Counted from the stretch's first letter, positions 39,869 through 50,479 are shown. The stretch is DNA of 64,000 nucleotides from an uncultured Gammaproteobacteria bacterium (GCA_964594455.1 CAZQLY010000008.1:42-64041); one strand, 5' to 3'. Numbers and translations are program-made. The notes: generated by a model not told the origin, from the letters alone.

Positions 39869-41686
39869 TTATTTGATGTCGTATATCCAGATGGAATAAC
39901 CAATTTTAGCTGTTATTTCGTGATCGAGAAGCCAGTAATATTCTTTGCTTTCTGAGTAGAGAGCAGAAACGCTTATAGCTATAGTGCCAGTGAAGGCGGG
40001 ATCTTTAGCAATGGCCTCATTATCAGGCGGTGATTCAAAATCTATTCCATAAGCACTGGGATAAGCTGTGCCAAAATAATGCAAATATATATTATCCAAA
40101 CCGTGCTTATCCATATAGCCTTTTAGGCCATAAAGATCCTGGCCCCAGTCCAAGTTAGAATCTGTCAGATATTTATGGCCGTTATTGGGACCACCCACAG
40201 CTTCATTGAAATATGAAAGGTAGTGTGGGTAGATTAGTAATGAAGACACAAAGTAGAAAATCAGCAGAACGACAAAGATGCTGTAAAAAACTTTCTTGTA
40301 TTTATCTATTTTCAAAGTTACCAGAAAGCCGATCATCAGAAAGATGAATGGATAAATGGGTAATAAGTGCCTTACCCCAAGATTAAGTTTACTGGTCAGC
40401 GTCCAAATGAAATAAAGCAGAGGAGTCAGAATAATTATATACCAATCTATGTTGGCTTGGCGTAGTGACTTAATCAAGCCGCTGGGAGCGGGTTTTTCTT
40501 CGACTGGGTCGCCCCGGTCAGTGTTAACCTTCTTTGATCGTAGTACTAGCCAGCGGATGAAATAACCGATTAAGAATAGTAATAGCAACAATGTTACCAG
40601 TGGTGTTTTGACTAAGAAGGCGATAATGAAGTAGTACCACCAGCCGACCCCTGAGTGCTCGCCCAACAAATAAGACGTATGACCCCAGTAATTATGATTT
40701 GCTAACGTGGCAAAGCCCTTGAAGTAGGTAAAGGCGGGTATCGGCACATTCTTAGCGGCGTTCTCGGTGAATTTACCCAGGCTGGTGTCAGTATCTGTGG
40801 CCGTATTGATGAAAGTTAACCAGGCTTTGTCAAAGTGTTGCTGTGACTTGCCGGAAGCAAATGCCACTGAGACTTCAGGATCACTGTAGGGGGTTTTCAT
40901 TTCAAATCCGTAGGTTCCCCAGATGACGAAAAATGCTACAATGAAAGTAAGCAAGATTAGTTTTTTAATTGAGAAGACTTTGCCAATTTCATCGGGATTG
41001 AGTTCTGTTTTGGGCCAGCCCTGCCATTTAGCGATGATTAGATATAAGAAGGCTAGGGGTATCAGGATAATAGCGGAGAATTTTGCTACTTGAGCTAGGC
41101 CAAAGATTGCAGCGAAAGATAGAGCGCGCCAAAAAGTCGGTTTTTTCAAATAACGTGACAGAAAGAACAAAGTAGCGAACATAAAGAAAGCAATTCCTAA
41201 ATCAGTGGTGATCCAGCGAGAGTGAGCGATAGTAGTAGGATCAAAGGCATAAAAAGCCAGGGCTAGCAATCCTCCGGTTACTCCAAAAAGACGTTTGGAC
41301 CATTTGAAAATAATGAGTCCAAGTAGTATACTGAGTAACATGATAGGCAATCGCGCCCAGAATAATTGCCAGGCCGGGCCGACATTGTTGCGATACAGGA
41401 ATTGTTGACCAGCATACCATTGCTTTGCATCTTCCCAACCTGGATTCTCATCTAATGGTTTCAGGTTCATAAACAGAAGAGGGAATCCGCTCATCATTTT
41501 TATTAAAGGCGGATGTTCTGGGTTGAGTCGGAAGTCCCCGGTTTTCAAATAAGAGTATCCGGCAACTATATGCGGAGCTTCATCAATAATCTGTGATTTC
41601 TGGGTGGCACTGGTTATTTCGATAGTCAGCATCAAAATAAGTAAAAGAGCAACGAAAAATTTGTAATAATGTTTGACTCCATTCAT
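39869..41686 (-). CDS. GT-C fold membrane glycosyltransferase (PMT/ArnT, GT39/GT83-like), 605 aa
   Basis: DEAPHIVAGYSYLKTGDFRLNPEHPPLIKMM with the DE motif in the first extracytoplasmic loop, more than 10 TM helices, large C-terminal soluble domain. Confidence 0.75.
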   Translation of the reverse strand: MNGVKHYYKFFVALLLILMLTIEITSATQKSQIIDEAPHIVAGYSYLKTGDFRLNPEHPPLIKMMSGFPLLFMNLKPLDENPGWEDAKQWYAGQQFLYRNNVGPAWQLFWARLPIMLLSILLGLIIFKWSKRLFGVTGGLLALAFYAFDPTTIAHSRWITTDLGIAFFMFATLFFLSRYLKKPTFWRALSFAAIFGLAQVAKFSAIILIPLAFLYLIIAKWQGWPKTELNPDEIGKVFSIKKLILLTFIVAFFVIWGTYGFEMKTPYSDPEVSVAFASGKSQQHFDKAWLTFINTATDTDTSLGKFTENAAKNVPIPAFTYFKGFATLANHNYWGHTSYLLGEHSGVGWWYYFIIAFLVKTPLVTLLLLLFLIGYFIRWLVLRSKKVNTDRGDPVEEKPAPSGLIKSLRQANIDWYIIILTPLLYFIWTLTSKLNLGVRHLLPIYPFIFLMIGFLVTLKIDKYKKVFYSIFVVLLIFYFVSSLLIYPHYLSYFNEAVGGPNNGHKYLTDSNLDWGQDLYGLKGYMDKHGLDNIYLHYFGTAYPSAYGIDFESPPDNEAIAKDPAFTGTIAISVSALYSESKEYYWLLDHEITAKIGYSIWIYDIK

Positions 41687-42064
41687 AGTGATGATATTAA
41701 AAATAAACGTAGTTCTAAATTACGCTCGTTTTTTAGTGACAAAGTCATTGTCATAAGTATTGTCTTCTCTTTGACATTAAACGGCTTAACTTGGTGGTTG
41801 CTTTATTCAGAGTTTCATGGTCAAACCGAATTCGTGCCTCTCCATTATAACATTTATTTCGGAATTGACCTATACGGACCTTGGTATAATATCTTATTGA
41901 TTCCAGCCTCCGCCCTGCTCATGGTCTTTATTAATTGTATTTTTTCTTATATACTTTACATGCGTTTGAGAATTTTAAGCTATTTTTTAGTGATAACTTT
42001 CTCTCTTTGCCAACTAATTTTTTTAGGTGCCGCCTGGCTAATCACTCATGAACTAATAGTTTAA
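41669..42064 (+). CDS. Hypothetical polytopic membrane protein
   Basis: 131 aa with 3-4 hydrophobic helices. Its start is divergent from, and overlaps, the GT-C gene start. Confidence 0.4.
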   Translation: MFDSIHSDDIKNKRSSKLRSFFSDKVIVISIVFSLTLNGLTWWLLYSEFHGQTEFVPLHYNIYFGIDLYGPWYNILLIPASALLMVFINCIFSYILYMRLRILSYFLVITFSLCQLIFLGAAWLITHELIV

Positions 42065-42066
42065 TA

Positions 42067-43119
42067 ATGGATATTAGCGACACTTTTCCTATTATCAAAA
42101 TATTCTTTCTAACGGTTCTGTCTTTTGTTATCACAATTATTTGGACTCCGGCTTTAACTCACTTTTTATACAAGAACAAACTAGGCAAACAGATCCGGGA
42201 TGATAAATCAGCTCCAATTTTTTCAAAGCTTCACCAACGTAAATCTGGTACGCCAACTATGGGTGGGGTACTGGTTTGGGGTACTACCCTAATTTTGGCC
42301 TTATTGTTCTTTTACTTAGGAAAATTATTTGATCTGGAAATATTACGGGATTTTAATTTTCTAACTCGTTCAGAAACCTTACTTCCACTGGGTGCGTTAG
42401 TCGCCACAGCAATTGTCGGTTTGGTTGACGATTATCTCAATGTGAAAGGCATCGGGCCCTACGGTGGGGGGTTAAAGATCAGATATCGTTTATTAATCTA
42501 TACTGCCATTGCCGCAGTTGGCGCCTATTGGTTTTTTGTAAAATTGGATTGGGACGTCTTGCACATTCCTTTCTTAGGGAATTATGAGATCGGTTGGTGG
42601 TATATACCAATATTTATTTTTATTATCGTGGCGACTTCTTTCTCAGTAAATGAGATTGATGGTTTAGATGGTCTATCCGGCGGTACGTTACTAGCTGCGT
42701 TTGTAGCCTATGCAGTCATTGCTTATTCTCAGGGCCGGTTTGAGCTGGCGACTTTTTGTGGAGTGATTGTTGGCGCTCTGTTTGCTTTCCTTTGGTTTAA
42801 TATTCCGCCAGCTAGATTTTTCATGGGAGACACCGGAGCAATGGCCTTGGGCACTACTTTGGGTATTGTTGCTATGTTAACCAATACCGCTTTGCTTTTA
42901 CCTGTTATTGGTTTGTTATTCGTTATTGAATCTCTATCGGTCATCATCCAGCTTCTGGCCCGTAAGCTATTTAAGAAAAAAGTATTTCTTTCAGCTCCGA
43001 TCCACCATCATTTGGAAGCTGTTGGTTGGCCCGAAACAAAGATCGTCATGCGTTTTTGGATTATTGCGGCTGTTACTTCAACCCTGGGCATAATCCTTGT
43101 CTTGATAGATAAGACCTAA
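42067..43119 (+). CDS. mraY: Phospho-N-acetylmuramoyl-pentapeptide transferase
   Basis: VGLVDDYLNV and NEIDGLDGLSGG motifs, 10 TM layout. Confidence 0.85.
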   Translation: MDISDTFPIIKIFFLTVLSFVITIIWTPALTHFLYKNKLGKQIRDDKSAPIFSKLHQRKSGTPTMGGVLVWGTTLILALLFFYLGKLFDLEILRDFNFLTRSETLLPLGALVATAIVGLVDDYLNVKGIGPYGGGLKIRYRLLIYTAIAAVGAYWFFVKLDWDVLHIPFLGNYEIGWWYIPIFIFIIVATSFSVNEIDGLDGLSGGTLLAAFVAYAVIAYSQGRFELATFCGVIVGALFAFLWFNIPPARFFMGDTGAMALGTTLGIVAMLTNTALLLPVIGLLFVIESLSVIIQLLARKLFKKKVFLSAPIHHHLEAVGWPETKIVMRFWIIAAVTSTLGIILVLIDKT

Positions 43120-43122
43120 AAG

Positions 43123-43626
43123 ATGGCGGCTAAGAAATTATTAGTTTTTATTGGCAAACCTGGAGCTGGTAAAACCACTATTATAAAAAAAGCTTTTCCC
43201 GATCAGGAAATCATTGATGTATTGCCATATGTGTTTGCTTATAAAGTAAACGGCCGCGTTCCCGAAGAGAAAACCCTGGATGGTTATAAAGATATGTATC
43301 AAGCCTTGCACAATATGAGCCAGGCGTTTGTTATATTAGAGTTAGGCTCCAATCATCCGGAGTTTAATGTTGATCAGTTAGTAGAACTGCAAAAGAAATT
43401 TGAGGTCACGGTGTTTGTTTGCACAGCTGATGTTGATACTCTGCGTCAGCGCATCATTGGTCGGAAAAGGGGAGATGATATGGAAGCCATGGAGCGTCGT
43501 TTGCAGTGGAATACGATTGATACTTACATTTCGTTGTTGAAAGAAAATCACATTAACCACTATGTTTTGAATACGAATAAGGAAATTATTGAAAACATAA
43601 AAATAGTTAAAGAACTAATAGGCTGA
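43123..43626 (+). CDS. P-loop NTPase / small kinase-like protein
   Basis: Walker A FIGKPGAGKTTII. Confidence 0.55.
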   Translation: MAAKKLLVFIGKPGAGKTTIIKKAFPDQEIIDVLPYVFAYKVNGRVPEEKTLDGYKDMYQALHNMSQAFVILELGSNHPEFNVDQLVELQKKFEVTVFVCTADVDTLRQRIIGRKRGDDMEAMERRLQWNTIDTYISLLKENHINHYVLNTNKEIIENIKIVKELIG

Positions 43627-43628
43627 CA

Positions 43629-44093
43629 ATGGAAATTATTCAAGCAGATAAATCCCACAAAAAACAAGTTTTGAAACTACTTGATGATTTTAGAACTGTT
43701 TGTGCTAACATAATTGAGCCTGGTAAAAAATTAACTTCCACGAGCGCTCAAGAATGCGGTTCAAAGATTTTTGAACAAGTAATAGATTCTGATAATTCGA
43801 TTGTATTATTAGCAAAAGATAAAGAAAAGTTTGTTGGCATAATTACTTTGAATAAAATACCTCAAATTCGGTGGGGTAGACATTGTGCGGAAATAGAAGA
43901 AATGTTTGTTATACCAGATTGCCAAGGTAAAGGTGTCGCTACAATGCTGATAGATAGCGCAGTTACTTGGGCAAAGAAAAATAAGATAAAGTGTATCAGG
44001 CTAGAGTCGGGCGTCGAGCTAAAACGAGCCCATTCTTTTTATGAAAAGTCTGGTTTTAGATTTTATGGACGTGCCTATGAAAAAATTATCTAG
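43629..44093 (+). CDS. GNAT family N-acetyltransferase
   Basis: Acetyl-CoA binding motif QGKGVATMLIDSAVTWAKKNK. Confidence 0.75.
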   Translation: MEIIQADKSHKKQVLKLLDDFRTVCANIIEPGKKLTSTSAQECGSKIFEQVIDSDNSIVLLAKDKEKFVGIITLNKIPQIRWGRHCAEIEEMFVIPDCQGKGVATMLIDSAVTWAKKNKIKCIRLESGVELKRAHSFYEKSGFRFYGRAYEKII

Positions 44094-44484
44094 ATCTTCC
44101 TGGCCCAAAGTTATTCGGGAGAACTGTATGGACTTTTCTTGGGATAACCAAAAGGTCTGGCAATTAAAACTTCCGGTAGAAAAAATGGAGATTAAAAAAT
44201 TAGACTGGCAGTTTGATCTACCGTTTTGGAAACACGGCAAAGTCAAATATGCTATTACCCCAAACCAAGTAATGGCCAATCCCAAGAAGTACCGTTATCA
44301 GTACGAACGTACAATGAAGTCTAATTTGAAATTCCCCGTACACATTGCTAAGAATAAAAAAGGCAAATGGGAAATGCTAGATGGACTTCACAGGCTGGTA
44401 AAGGCCAGTTGGTTGGGCTACAGGACCATCAAAGTAAAGAAAGTTAATAAAAAACACCTTAAGTTTATTCAAAAATCTAAGTAA
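44077..44484 (+). CDS. Hypothetical protein with a ParB/Srx-like segment
   Basis: WEMLDGLHRLVKA resembles the ParB N-domain DGxHR motif. The start is uncertain (44077 or 44128). Confidence 0.4.
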   Translation: MKKLSRSSWPKVIRENCMDFSWDNQKVWQLKLPVEKMEIKKLDWQFDLPFWKHGKVKYAITPNQVMANPKKYRYQYERTMKSNLKFPVHIAKNKKGKWEMLDGLHRLVKASWLGYRTIKVKKVNKKHLKFIQKSK

Positions 44485-44546
44485 TTAAATTATTAAACCA
44501 AACACTGACTACAAGGTTTATTTTTTTACCCAAATGCGGTATTATA

Positions 44547-45935
44547 ATGAAGATGAAACGCGATTGGAAAAACAAAAAGGTTACAGTTATGGGTCTGGGG
44601 CTCCACGGCGGGGGAGTGTCAGTGGCTCGTTTTTTTGCTGAGCAGGGAGCTAAGGTTTTGGTCACTGATTTACGCCATAAATCCCAACTAAAACCCTCCC
44701 TCGATAAACTTAAGGGTTTAAGAATTGAGTTTGTTTTGGGTAAGCACCGGGAAAGTGATTTCAGCAGCGCGGATCTGATTATTCAAAATCCCGGCGTACC
44801 CAGCAATTCTCCCTATTTGAAAATTGCTCGCAGCTATGATGTACCGATAGAAAATGAGGCTAGCATTTTTTTCTCATTAGCTCCATCAGATGTTATCGCT
44901 ATCACTGGCACCAAAGGTAAAAGTACAGTGACGACTCTGATCGGCGAGATTATTAAGTCATATAAATCAAAGACAGTTGTGGCTGGTAATATCCGTACTC
45001 GCGCCATGCTGGATATTCTGCCGGGTTTAAAAAAAGACACCCCGGTAGTTTTAGAATTATCGTCATGGCAGTTGGAAGGTTTAGATCAGCATCGGACAAG
45101 CCCTCCAGTAGCATTGGTTACCAACGTCTTGAATGATCATCTGAACCGATATGATTCGTTTCTGGATTATGCTAAAGCCAAATCCATCATTTTTAAATAT
45201 CAGACTAAAAATAATGTTGTGGTATTTAATTATGATAATCTGACCACACGGAAATTTGGTCAGCAGGCCAAGAGTCGAGTGGTGTGGTTTTCTACTAAAC
45301 CATTTCCTCGACAAAATTTAGATGGAGCTTATGTTTCTAAAAAAGACATTTACTATCACAGTAAAGGCGCCGATAAAAAAATAATGTCAGTCAAAGATAT
45401 CCAGTTAGCCGGAAATCATAATTTGCAAAATGTATTGGCAGCCATTGTTCTGAGTAAAGCTATTAATATTCCCGAAAAGAATATCGTCCGCACAGTTAAA
45501 CGATTTCAAGGAATCCCCAATCGATTAGAGCTTATCAGAACAATCAATAAAGTAAAATATATCAACGACACTACAGCCACAGCGCCGGTAGCTACTCAAG
45601 CGGCGCTGGAAGCAATCGGTGACAAAAAGCATTTGATATTGATTGCCGGCGGACAGGATAAGGATTTGGATTATAAATCACTGGGGCGGGATATAGATTC
45701 CAGGGTTAAGGCTTTGGTCTTACTTCCCGGTAATGCGTCTGATAAGATAAGGAAATCAATTCGTAAAGTTAAACTTATCGCCGTGTCAGACATGAAAGAG
45801 GCGATTGATTGGGCTAATAGTGTTGCCAAGCCTAAAGATATAGTGTTGCTTTCTCCGGCGGCCGCCAGCTTTAATCTTTATGAAAACGAATTTGCTAGAG
45901 GAGAGCATTTTAATAAAATAGTAAAGAGGTTGTAG
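44547..45935 (+). CDS. murD: UDP-N-acetylmuramoylalanine--D-glutamate ligase
   Basis: VTVMGLGLHGGGVSVARFF and ITGTKGKSTVTTLIG. Confidence 0.9.
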   Translation: MKMKRDWKNKKVTVMGLGLHGGGVSVARFFAEQGAKVLVTDLRHKSQLKPSLDKLKGLRIEFVLGKHRESDFSSADLIIQNPGVPSNSPYLKIARSYDVPIENEASIFFSLAPSDVIAITGTKGKSTVTTLIGEIIKSYKSKTVVAGNIRTRAMLDILPGLKKDTPVVLELSSWQLEGLDQHRTSPPVALVTNVLNDHLNRYDSFLDYAKAKSIIFKYQTKNNVVVFNYDNLTTRKFGQQAKSRVVWFSTKPFPRQNLDGAYVSKKDIYYHSKGADKKIMSVKDIQLAGNHNLQNVLAAIVLSKAINIPEKNIVRTVKRFQGIPNRLELIRTINKVKYINDTTATAPVATQAALEAIGDKKHLILIAGGQDKDLDYKSLGRDIDSRVKALVLLPGNASDKIRKSIRKVKLIAVSDMKEAIDWANSVAKPKDIVLLSPAAASFNLYENEFARGEHFNKIVKRL

Positions 45936-45939
45936 GGAA

Positions 45940-47088
45940 ATGCGCGATCAAGCCAAAACACAAACAGGCAGACATTGGCATCAACCAGATTATTTTTTTA
46001 TGGGGATTCTGGCTACGATTGTTATTTTTGGAATCATTATGCTTTCTTCGGCCAGCACGGTTGTTGGATATGAAAGTTTTGGTGACAGTAATCATTATAT
46101 TAAGCACCATTTAATCTATGGAGTATTGCTGGGGGCGATTGGTTTTTGGCTGGTGTCGCGCCTTGATTACCATATTTGGGAAAAGCTCTCTTTGCCGCTT
46201 TTGATTATTACCATTCTGCTACTCTTAGTGGTATTTATTCCTGGTATCGGTTTGGGCTTAAAAGGCGCCCATCGCTGGATCGACTTGGGAGTATTTACTG
46301 TTCAACCAGCCGAACTGGCGAAACTTACTTTTTTGTTTTATTTGGCTACTTGGCTACAAAAAAGAGGGGAGGGAGTAAAAAGCTTTTCTTATGGCTTCTT
46401 GCCGTTCTTAGTTCTGTTGGGTGTAGTGGCTGGCTTAATTCTTTTTGAACCAGACTTCAGCACTATGCTTGTTTTGGCTTTCATGTCGGTGGTAGTCTTT
46501 TTTATTGCGGGAGGAAATTTGGTTCATGTCACCTGGTTAGGCATAGCTAGTTCCGGATTGTTTTTATTACTTATTAAACTGGCGCCGTACCGAGCGGCTC
46601 GATTCACAGTTTTTTTGCATCCGGAAATTGATCCCCAAGGCATTGGGTATCATATTAATCAGGCTTTGTTAGCCATTGGTTCGGGTGGAATCTTTGGTTT
46701 GGGATTGGGACGTTCGCGGCAGAAGTTTAATTATTTACCTGAAGCAGCCGGTGATTCCATTTTTGCTGTAATTGCTGAAGAGCTGGGTTTTATTTTTGCG
46801 CTAATATTGATCAGCCTCTTTGCCGTCTTGATGGTGCGAGGCTTTAAGATCGCCCGACAAGTCCCCGACTCTTTTGGTAAATACTTGGCTGTTGGAATCA
46901 TTACCTGGATAAGTTTCCAAGCCTTTTTTAACATTGCTGCCATGGTGGGTTTAGTTCCTCTGACTGGTATTCCTTTGCCGTTTATCAGCCATGGTGGTTC
47001 GGCGGTAGCAGTTTCTTTGACCGCCATGGGCATTGTGGCTAACATATCAAAACAAACAAAACTAGCTGCTGAGCCGTCAAGACGTTAG
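45940..47088 (+). CDS. ftsW: SEDS-family peptidoglycan polymerase FtsW/RodA
   Basis: 10-TM SEDS layout, conserved GxxIxxxGGS C-terminal region. Confidence 0.85.
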   Translation: MRDQAKTQTGRHWHQPDYFFMGILATIVIFGIIMLSSASTVVGYESFGDSNHYIKHHLIYGVLLGAIGFWLVSRLDYHIWEKLSLPLLIITILLLLVVFIPGIGLGLKGAHRWIDLGVFTVQPAELAKLTFLFYLATWLQKRGEGVKSFSYGFLPFLVLLGVVAGLILFEPDFSTMLVLAFMSVVVFFIAGGNLVHVTWLGIASSGLFLLLIKLAPYRAARFTVFLHPEIDPQGIGYHINQALLAIGSGGIFGLGLGRSRQKFNYLPEAAGDSIFAVIAEELGFIFALILISLFAVLMVRGFKIARQVPDSFGKYLAVGIITWISFQAFFNIAAMVGLVPLTGIPLPFISHGGSAVAVSLTAMGIVANISKQTKLAAEPSRR

Positions 47089-47126
47089 TGTTTGACGTAG
47101 CTCTGAGCAATGGGTATAGTTGAGTT

Positions 47127-48212
47127 ATGAAAATTCTTTTAGCTGGCGGGGGGACCGGTGGTTCAGTAACGCCATTATTAGCAGTTGCCAAAGAGATACG
47201 GGAAAGAAGCCCTGAGGCTGATTTTTTGTTTTTAGGTACTCGGAGCGGTCCTGAAGAAAATATGGTTAAGTTTGAGCACATGGAGTTTGATACAATTTCA
47301 GCCGGCAAGTTGAGGCGGTATAGATCATGGCATAATTTGTTTGATATTTTTTTAATTATTCATGGATTTTTTCAAGCCCTATTGCGTCTCAGGTTATATA
47401 AACCAGATGTGATATTTGCTGCTGGCAGTTACGTCAGTGTGCCGGTTATCTGGGCGGGCTGGTTTTTACGCATACCGTCTCTGATTCATCAGCAAGATAT
47501 CAGACCAGGTCTGGCAAATAGATTAGTCCAGGGTATGGCTACAAAGATTAGCGTAACTTTTGAAGATTCGTTGGATGATTTTCCTAGAAAAAAATCTATC
47601 TGGACCGGCAATCCCATCCGAGAAGATATTTTGTCCAGTGACAGAAAAAGGGGCCAAGCTTTATTTGGACTTGAGCCAGAACTTCCTACTGTGCTGGTTT
47701 TTGGCGGGGGGGCAGGGTCTCAACGCATCAACGACTTGATGATGCAGGCTGTTCTTAAATTAACAAAATCGTGCCAGATATTGCATATTTACGGAAAACG
47801 AAAATCAATTTATAAAATAAACGATTCTCGGTATCATGGCTACCAATTTTTATCTGAGGAAATGGATGATGCTTACGCCGTAGCTGATATTGTGGTTTGC
47901 CGAGCCGGTTTGGGGAGCTTAACTGAGATAGCTGCTTTAGGAAAAGCGGCCGTTATTATTCCCATGCCCGATACCCATCAAGTTGAAAATGCAGATATTT
48001 ACAAAAAAGCCAATGCCGCTGTAGTATTAGATGAACCAGGGCTGGATAGCGACTTTTTGGTTAATGTAATTTCAGGCCTAATGGCCAATGATGAGTGGCG
48101 CCGAATAATGCAGAAAAATATTGAGAGCTTAGTAAAAATTGATGCGCGAAAAGCTATTTCAGATATAATAATTTCGCTGGTAAAAAAACAAGATGGATCT
48201 CAAAACAGCTAA
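47127..48212 (+). CDS. murG: UDP-N-acetylglucosamine--N-acetylmuramyl-(pentapeptide) pyrophosphoryl-undecaprenol N-acetylglucosamine transferase
   Basis: MKILLAGGGTGGSVTPLLAVAKEI. Confidence 0.9.
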   Translation: MKILLAGGGTGGSVTPLLAVAKEIRERSPEADFLFLGTRSGPEENMVKFEHMEFDTISAGKLRRYRSWHNLFDIFLIIHGFFQALLRLRLYKPDVIFAAGSYVSVPVIWAGWFLRIPSLIHQQDIRPGLANRLVQGMATKISVTFEDSLDDFPRKKSIWTGNPIREDILSSDRKRGQALFGLEPELPTVLVFGGGAGSQRINDLMMQAVLKLTKSCQILHIYGKRKSIYKINDSRYHGYQFLSEEMDDAYAVADIVVCRAGLGSLTEIAALGKAAVIIPMPDTHQVENADIYKKANAAVVLDEPGLDSDFLVNVISGLMANDEWRRIMQKNIESLVKIDARKAISDIIISLVKKQDGSQNS

Positions 48213-49557
48213 AAAAATATATTGCATTGGCGTCGGGGGAATTGGAGTCTCTGGAGTGGCTCGGATTTTGCATTGGCAGGGGAAGAGTGTTGCTGGTTCT
48301 GATCAATTCCGTAGCCCCATAACTGAACAGCTTAAGCAGTTGGGCATTCAGATAGAGATCGGGCAGCCTCAAGCTAAACACGTTCCCAAAAATACTGAAT
48401 TGGTAATCCATAGCGTGGCCGTTCCTGAGGATCATCCTGAATTAGTAGCTGCCCAGAAAATGGGAGCCGTATCATTGACCTACCCGCAGGCACTAAGCGA
48501 ATTGACTGAAGGAAAAAAATTGATAACTGTTTCCGGCACTCATGGTAAGACTACCACTACAGCCTTGGTGGGAAAATTACTGGCGGATGCCGGTTTTGAT
48601 CCAACAGTTATCGTTGGGAGCTTGGTGCCCGACTTTGAGGGGAACGCTCGATTGGGTAAGAGTGACTATTATGTTATTGAGGCTGATGAATATGGACGGG
48701 CTTTTTTGCATTACCAACCGACTATCGCAATAGTCACAAACATTGAAGCTGATCATTTAGATGTTTATAAAGACATTAAGGATATCAAAGAGACATTTGG
48801 TAAATTTTTGAAGAATGTCGATAAAGATGGTTGTATTATCGCCAACGCCGAAAGCAAATCTGTCTCTGAAGTAGTAAAAGGCAGCCCGGTTTCAGTGGTA
48901 ACATACGGTCTGAACAAGGGAGAGTACCATGCAGAAGACATGTCATTGGGATCAAAAACACAGTTTGTGGAATCACACATCGGTAAAGTAAATTTGGGTA
49001 TTCCTGGCAAGCATAATGTAGAGAACGCTTTGGCGACTATTGCTTGCGGATTTGTGTTAGGAATAAAACCGGGAGTTATTAGGCGAACTTTGACTAATTT
49101 TCAAGGGACTTGGCGCCGATTTGAACAGGTAGGCTTGTTTAAAGATAAACCGGTAATTTCTGATTACGCTCACCACCCGACTGAAATAATAGCCACCCTA
49201 GAAACCGCTCGTCAGGTTTTCTCTGGAAAAAAGATATTGACGGTATTTCAACCTCATCACCATAACCGGACTAAAAAACTATTCAAAGAATTCGTAAAAT
49301 CTTTTGATCAAACTGATGGTCTGATTATTTCCGAGATATACGATGTTATCGGCAGGGAAGAGTTAGCTGATCAGTCTGTAACATCACAGCAGTTAGTGGA
49401 CGAGATAGACGCCAGAAATCAACAGGTGGATTATGCCAAAGACCTTGATGATGCTCTGAAACTAACCAAAGAAAAATCTAAAGACTTTGATGTCATAATA
49501 ATTATGGGTGCGGGTACCATTGATGAAGTAGCCAGACAATTAACAACAAAAAAATGA
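48193..49557 (+). CDS. murC: UDP-N-acetylmuramate--L-alanine ligase
   Basis: IYCIGVGGIGVSGVARIL and ITVSGTHGKTTTTALVG. Confidence 0.9.
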   Translation: MDLKTAKKIYCIGVGGIGVSGVARILHWQGKSVAGSDQFRSPITEQLKQLGIQIEIGQPQAKHVPKNTELVIHSVAVPEDHPELVAAQKMGAVSLTYPQALSELTEGKKLITVSGTHGKTTTTALVGKLLADAGFDPTVIVGSLVPDFEGNARLGKSDYYVIEADEYGRAFLHYQPTIAIVTNIEADHLDVYKDIKDIKETFGKFLKNVDKDGCIIANAESKSVSEVVKGSPVSVVTYGLNKGEYHAEDMSLGSKTQFVESHIGKVNLGIPGKHNVENALATIACGFVLGIKPGVIRRTLTNFQGTWRRFEQVGLFKDKPVISDYAHHPTEIIATLETARQVFSGKKILTVFQPHHHNRTKKLFKEFVKSFDQTDGLIISEIYDVIGREELADQSVTSQQLVDEIDARNQQVDYAKDLDDALKLTKEKSKDFDVIIIMGAGTIDEVARQLTTKK

Positions 49558-50441
49558 AACACGATGAAATACTAAACAAATTACCGGGAACTCTTGCCAA
49601 CGAGCCAATGTCAAAACATTGCACTTATCGGATAGGGGGTCCAGCCAAATATTATTATGCCGCCAAAACCACTGATCAGTTCGTCCAGGCGGTAAGATTG
49701 GCTCGAGAAAATAAAATACCTTTGTTTATTTTGGGTAAGGGTAGTAATATACTTGTTTCGGACAAAGGATTTGCTGGTTTAGTTTTACACAATGAAGTGA
49801 CTGAGAGGAGTCAAGAAGGGGATGAAGTGAAAGTAACTGCCGGAGCCTCGTTGGTTGAATTTTCTTTATGGACTATCAGTCAGGGGTTGGCTGGATTAGA
49901 GTTTTCATCTGGCATTCCTGGTTCAGTGGGCGGGGGTATCAGAGGGAATGCTGGCGCCTTTGGCTCAGAAATGAAAGATTACATAAATAATGTTTTGGTA
50001 TTGACCCCTGAAAGCGAAGTCAAAGAATTTGGCAATGAGGAGTGCCAGTTTGGATATCGAGATAGCATTTTTAAGCATTCTGACAACTTGGTACTGGAAG
50101 CTACTTTTGGATTGAAACCCGGCAATAAGAAGGAAAGCCTGGCTTTGGTGAAACAGTTCAACGAACAGCGACGTTCCAAGCAGGATTATTCCATACCGTC
50201 GGCTGGTTGTACATTCAAGAATATTCCAGGTAATCCAGCCGCCAAGATGATTGATGAGTTGGGCTTGAAGGGAACGCGAATAGGGGATGCCATGATTTCT
50301 AATACCCATGCAAACTTCATAGTCAATGTGGGAGAGGCCCGGGCCAGCGATGTTCTGGAGCTTATTGGCATGATTCAACAGAAAGTTAAAGACAAATATA
50401 ATATTGACCTAGAAACGGAAATACAGATGGTTGGATTTTAG
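49554..50441 (+). CDS. murB: UDP-N-acetylenolpyruvoylglucosamine reductase
   Basis: FAD-binding LFILGKGSNILVSD and the C-terminal MurB region. Confidence 0.9.
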   Translation: MKHDEILNKLPGTLANEPMSKHCTYRIGGPAKYYYAAKTTDQFVQAVRLARENKIPLFILGKGSNILVSDKGFAGLVLHNEVTERSQEGDEVKVTAGASLVEFSLWTISQGLAGLEFSSGIPGSVGGGIRGNAGAFGSEMKDYINNVLVLTPESEVKEFGNEECQFGYRDSIFKHSDNLVLEATFGLKPGNKKESLALVKQFNEQRRSKQDYSIPSAGCTFKNIPGNPAAKMIDELGLKGTRIGDAMISNTHANFIVNVGEARASDVLELIGMIQQKVKDKYNIDLETEIQMVGF

Positions 50442-50449
50442 TATTTGAT

Positions 50450-50473
50450 AAAGGCTAACGCCTTTGTTCTTTT
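50450..50473 (+). terminator. Rho-independent terminator after murB
   Basis: AAAGGCTAACGCCTTTGTTCTTTT: 6-bp stem, tetraloop, T-run. Confidence 0.65.
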
Positions 50474-50479
50474 GGCAGC

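Noticed and set aside
46731-47308. Minus-strand ORFs antisense to ftsW/murG
   Set aside because: Shadow ORFs opposite strongly supported dcw genes.
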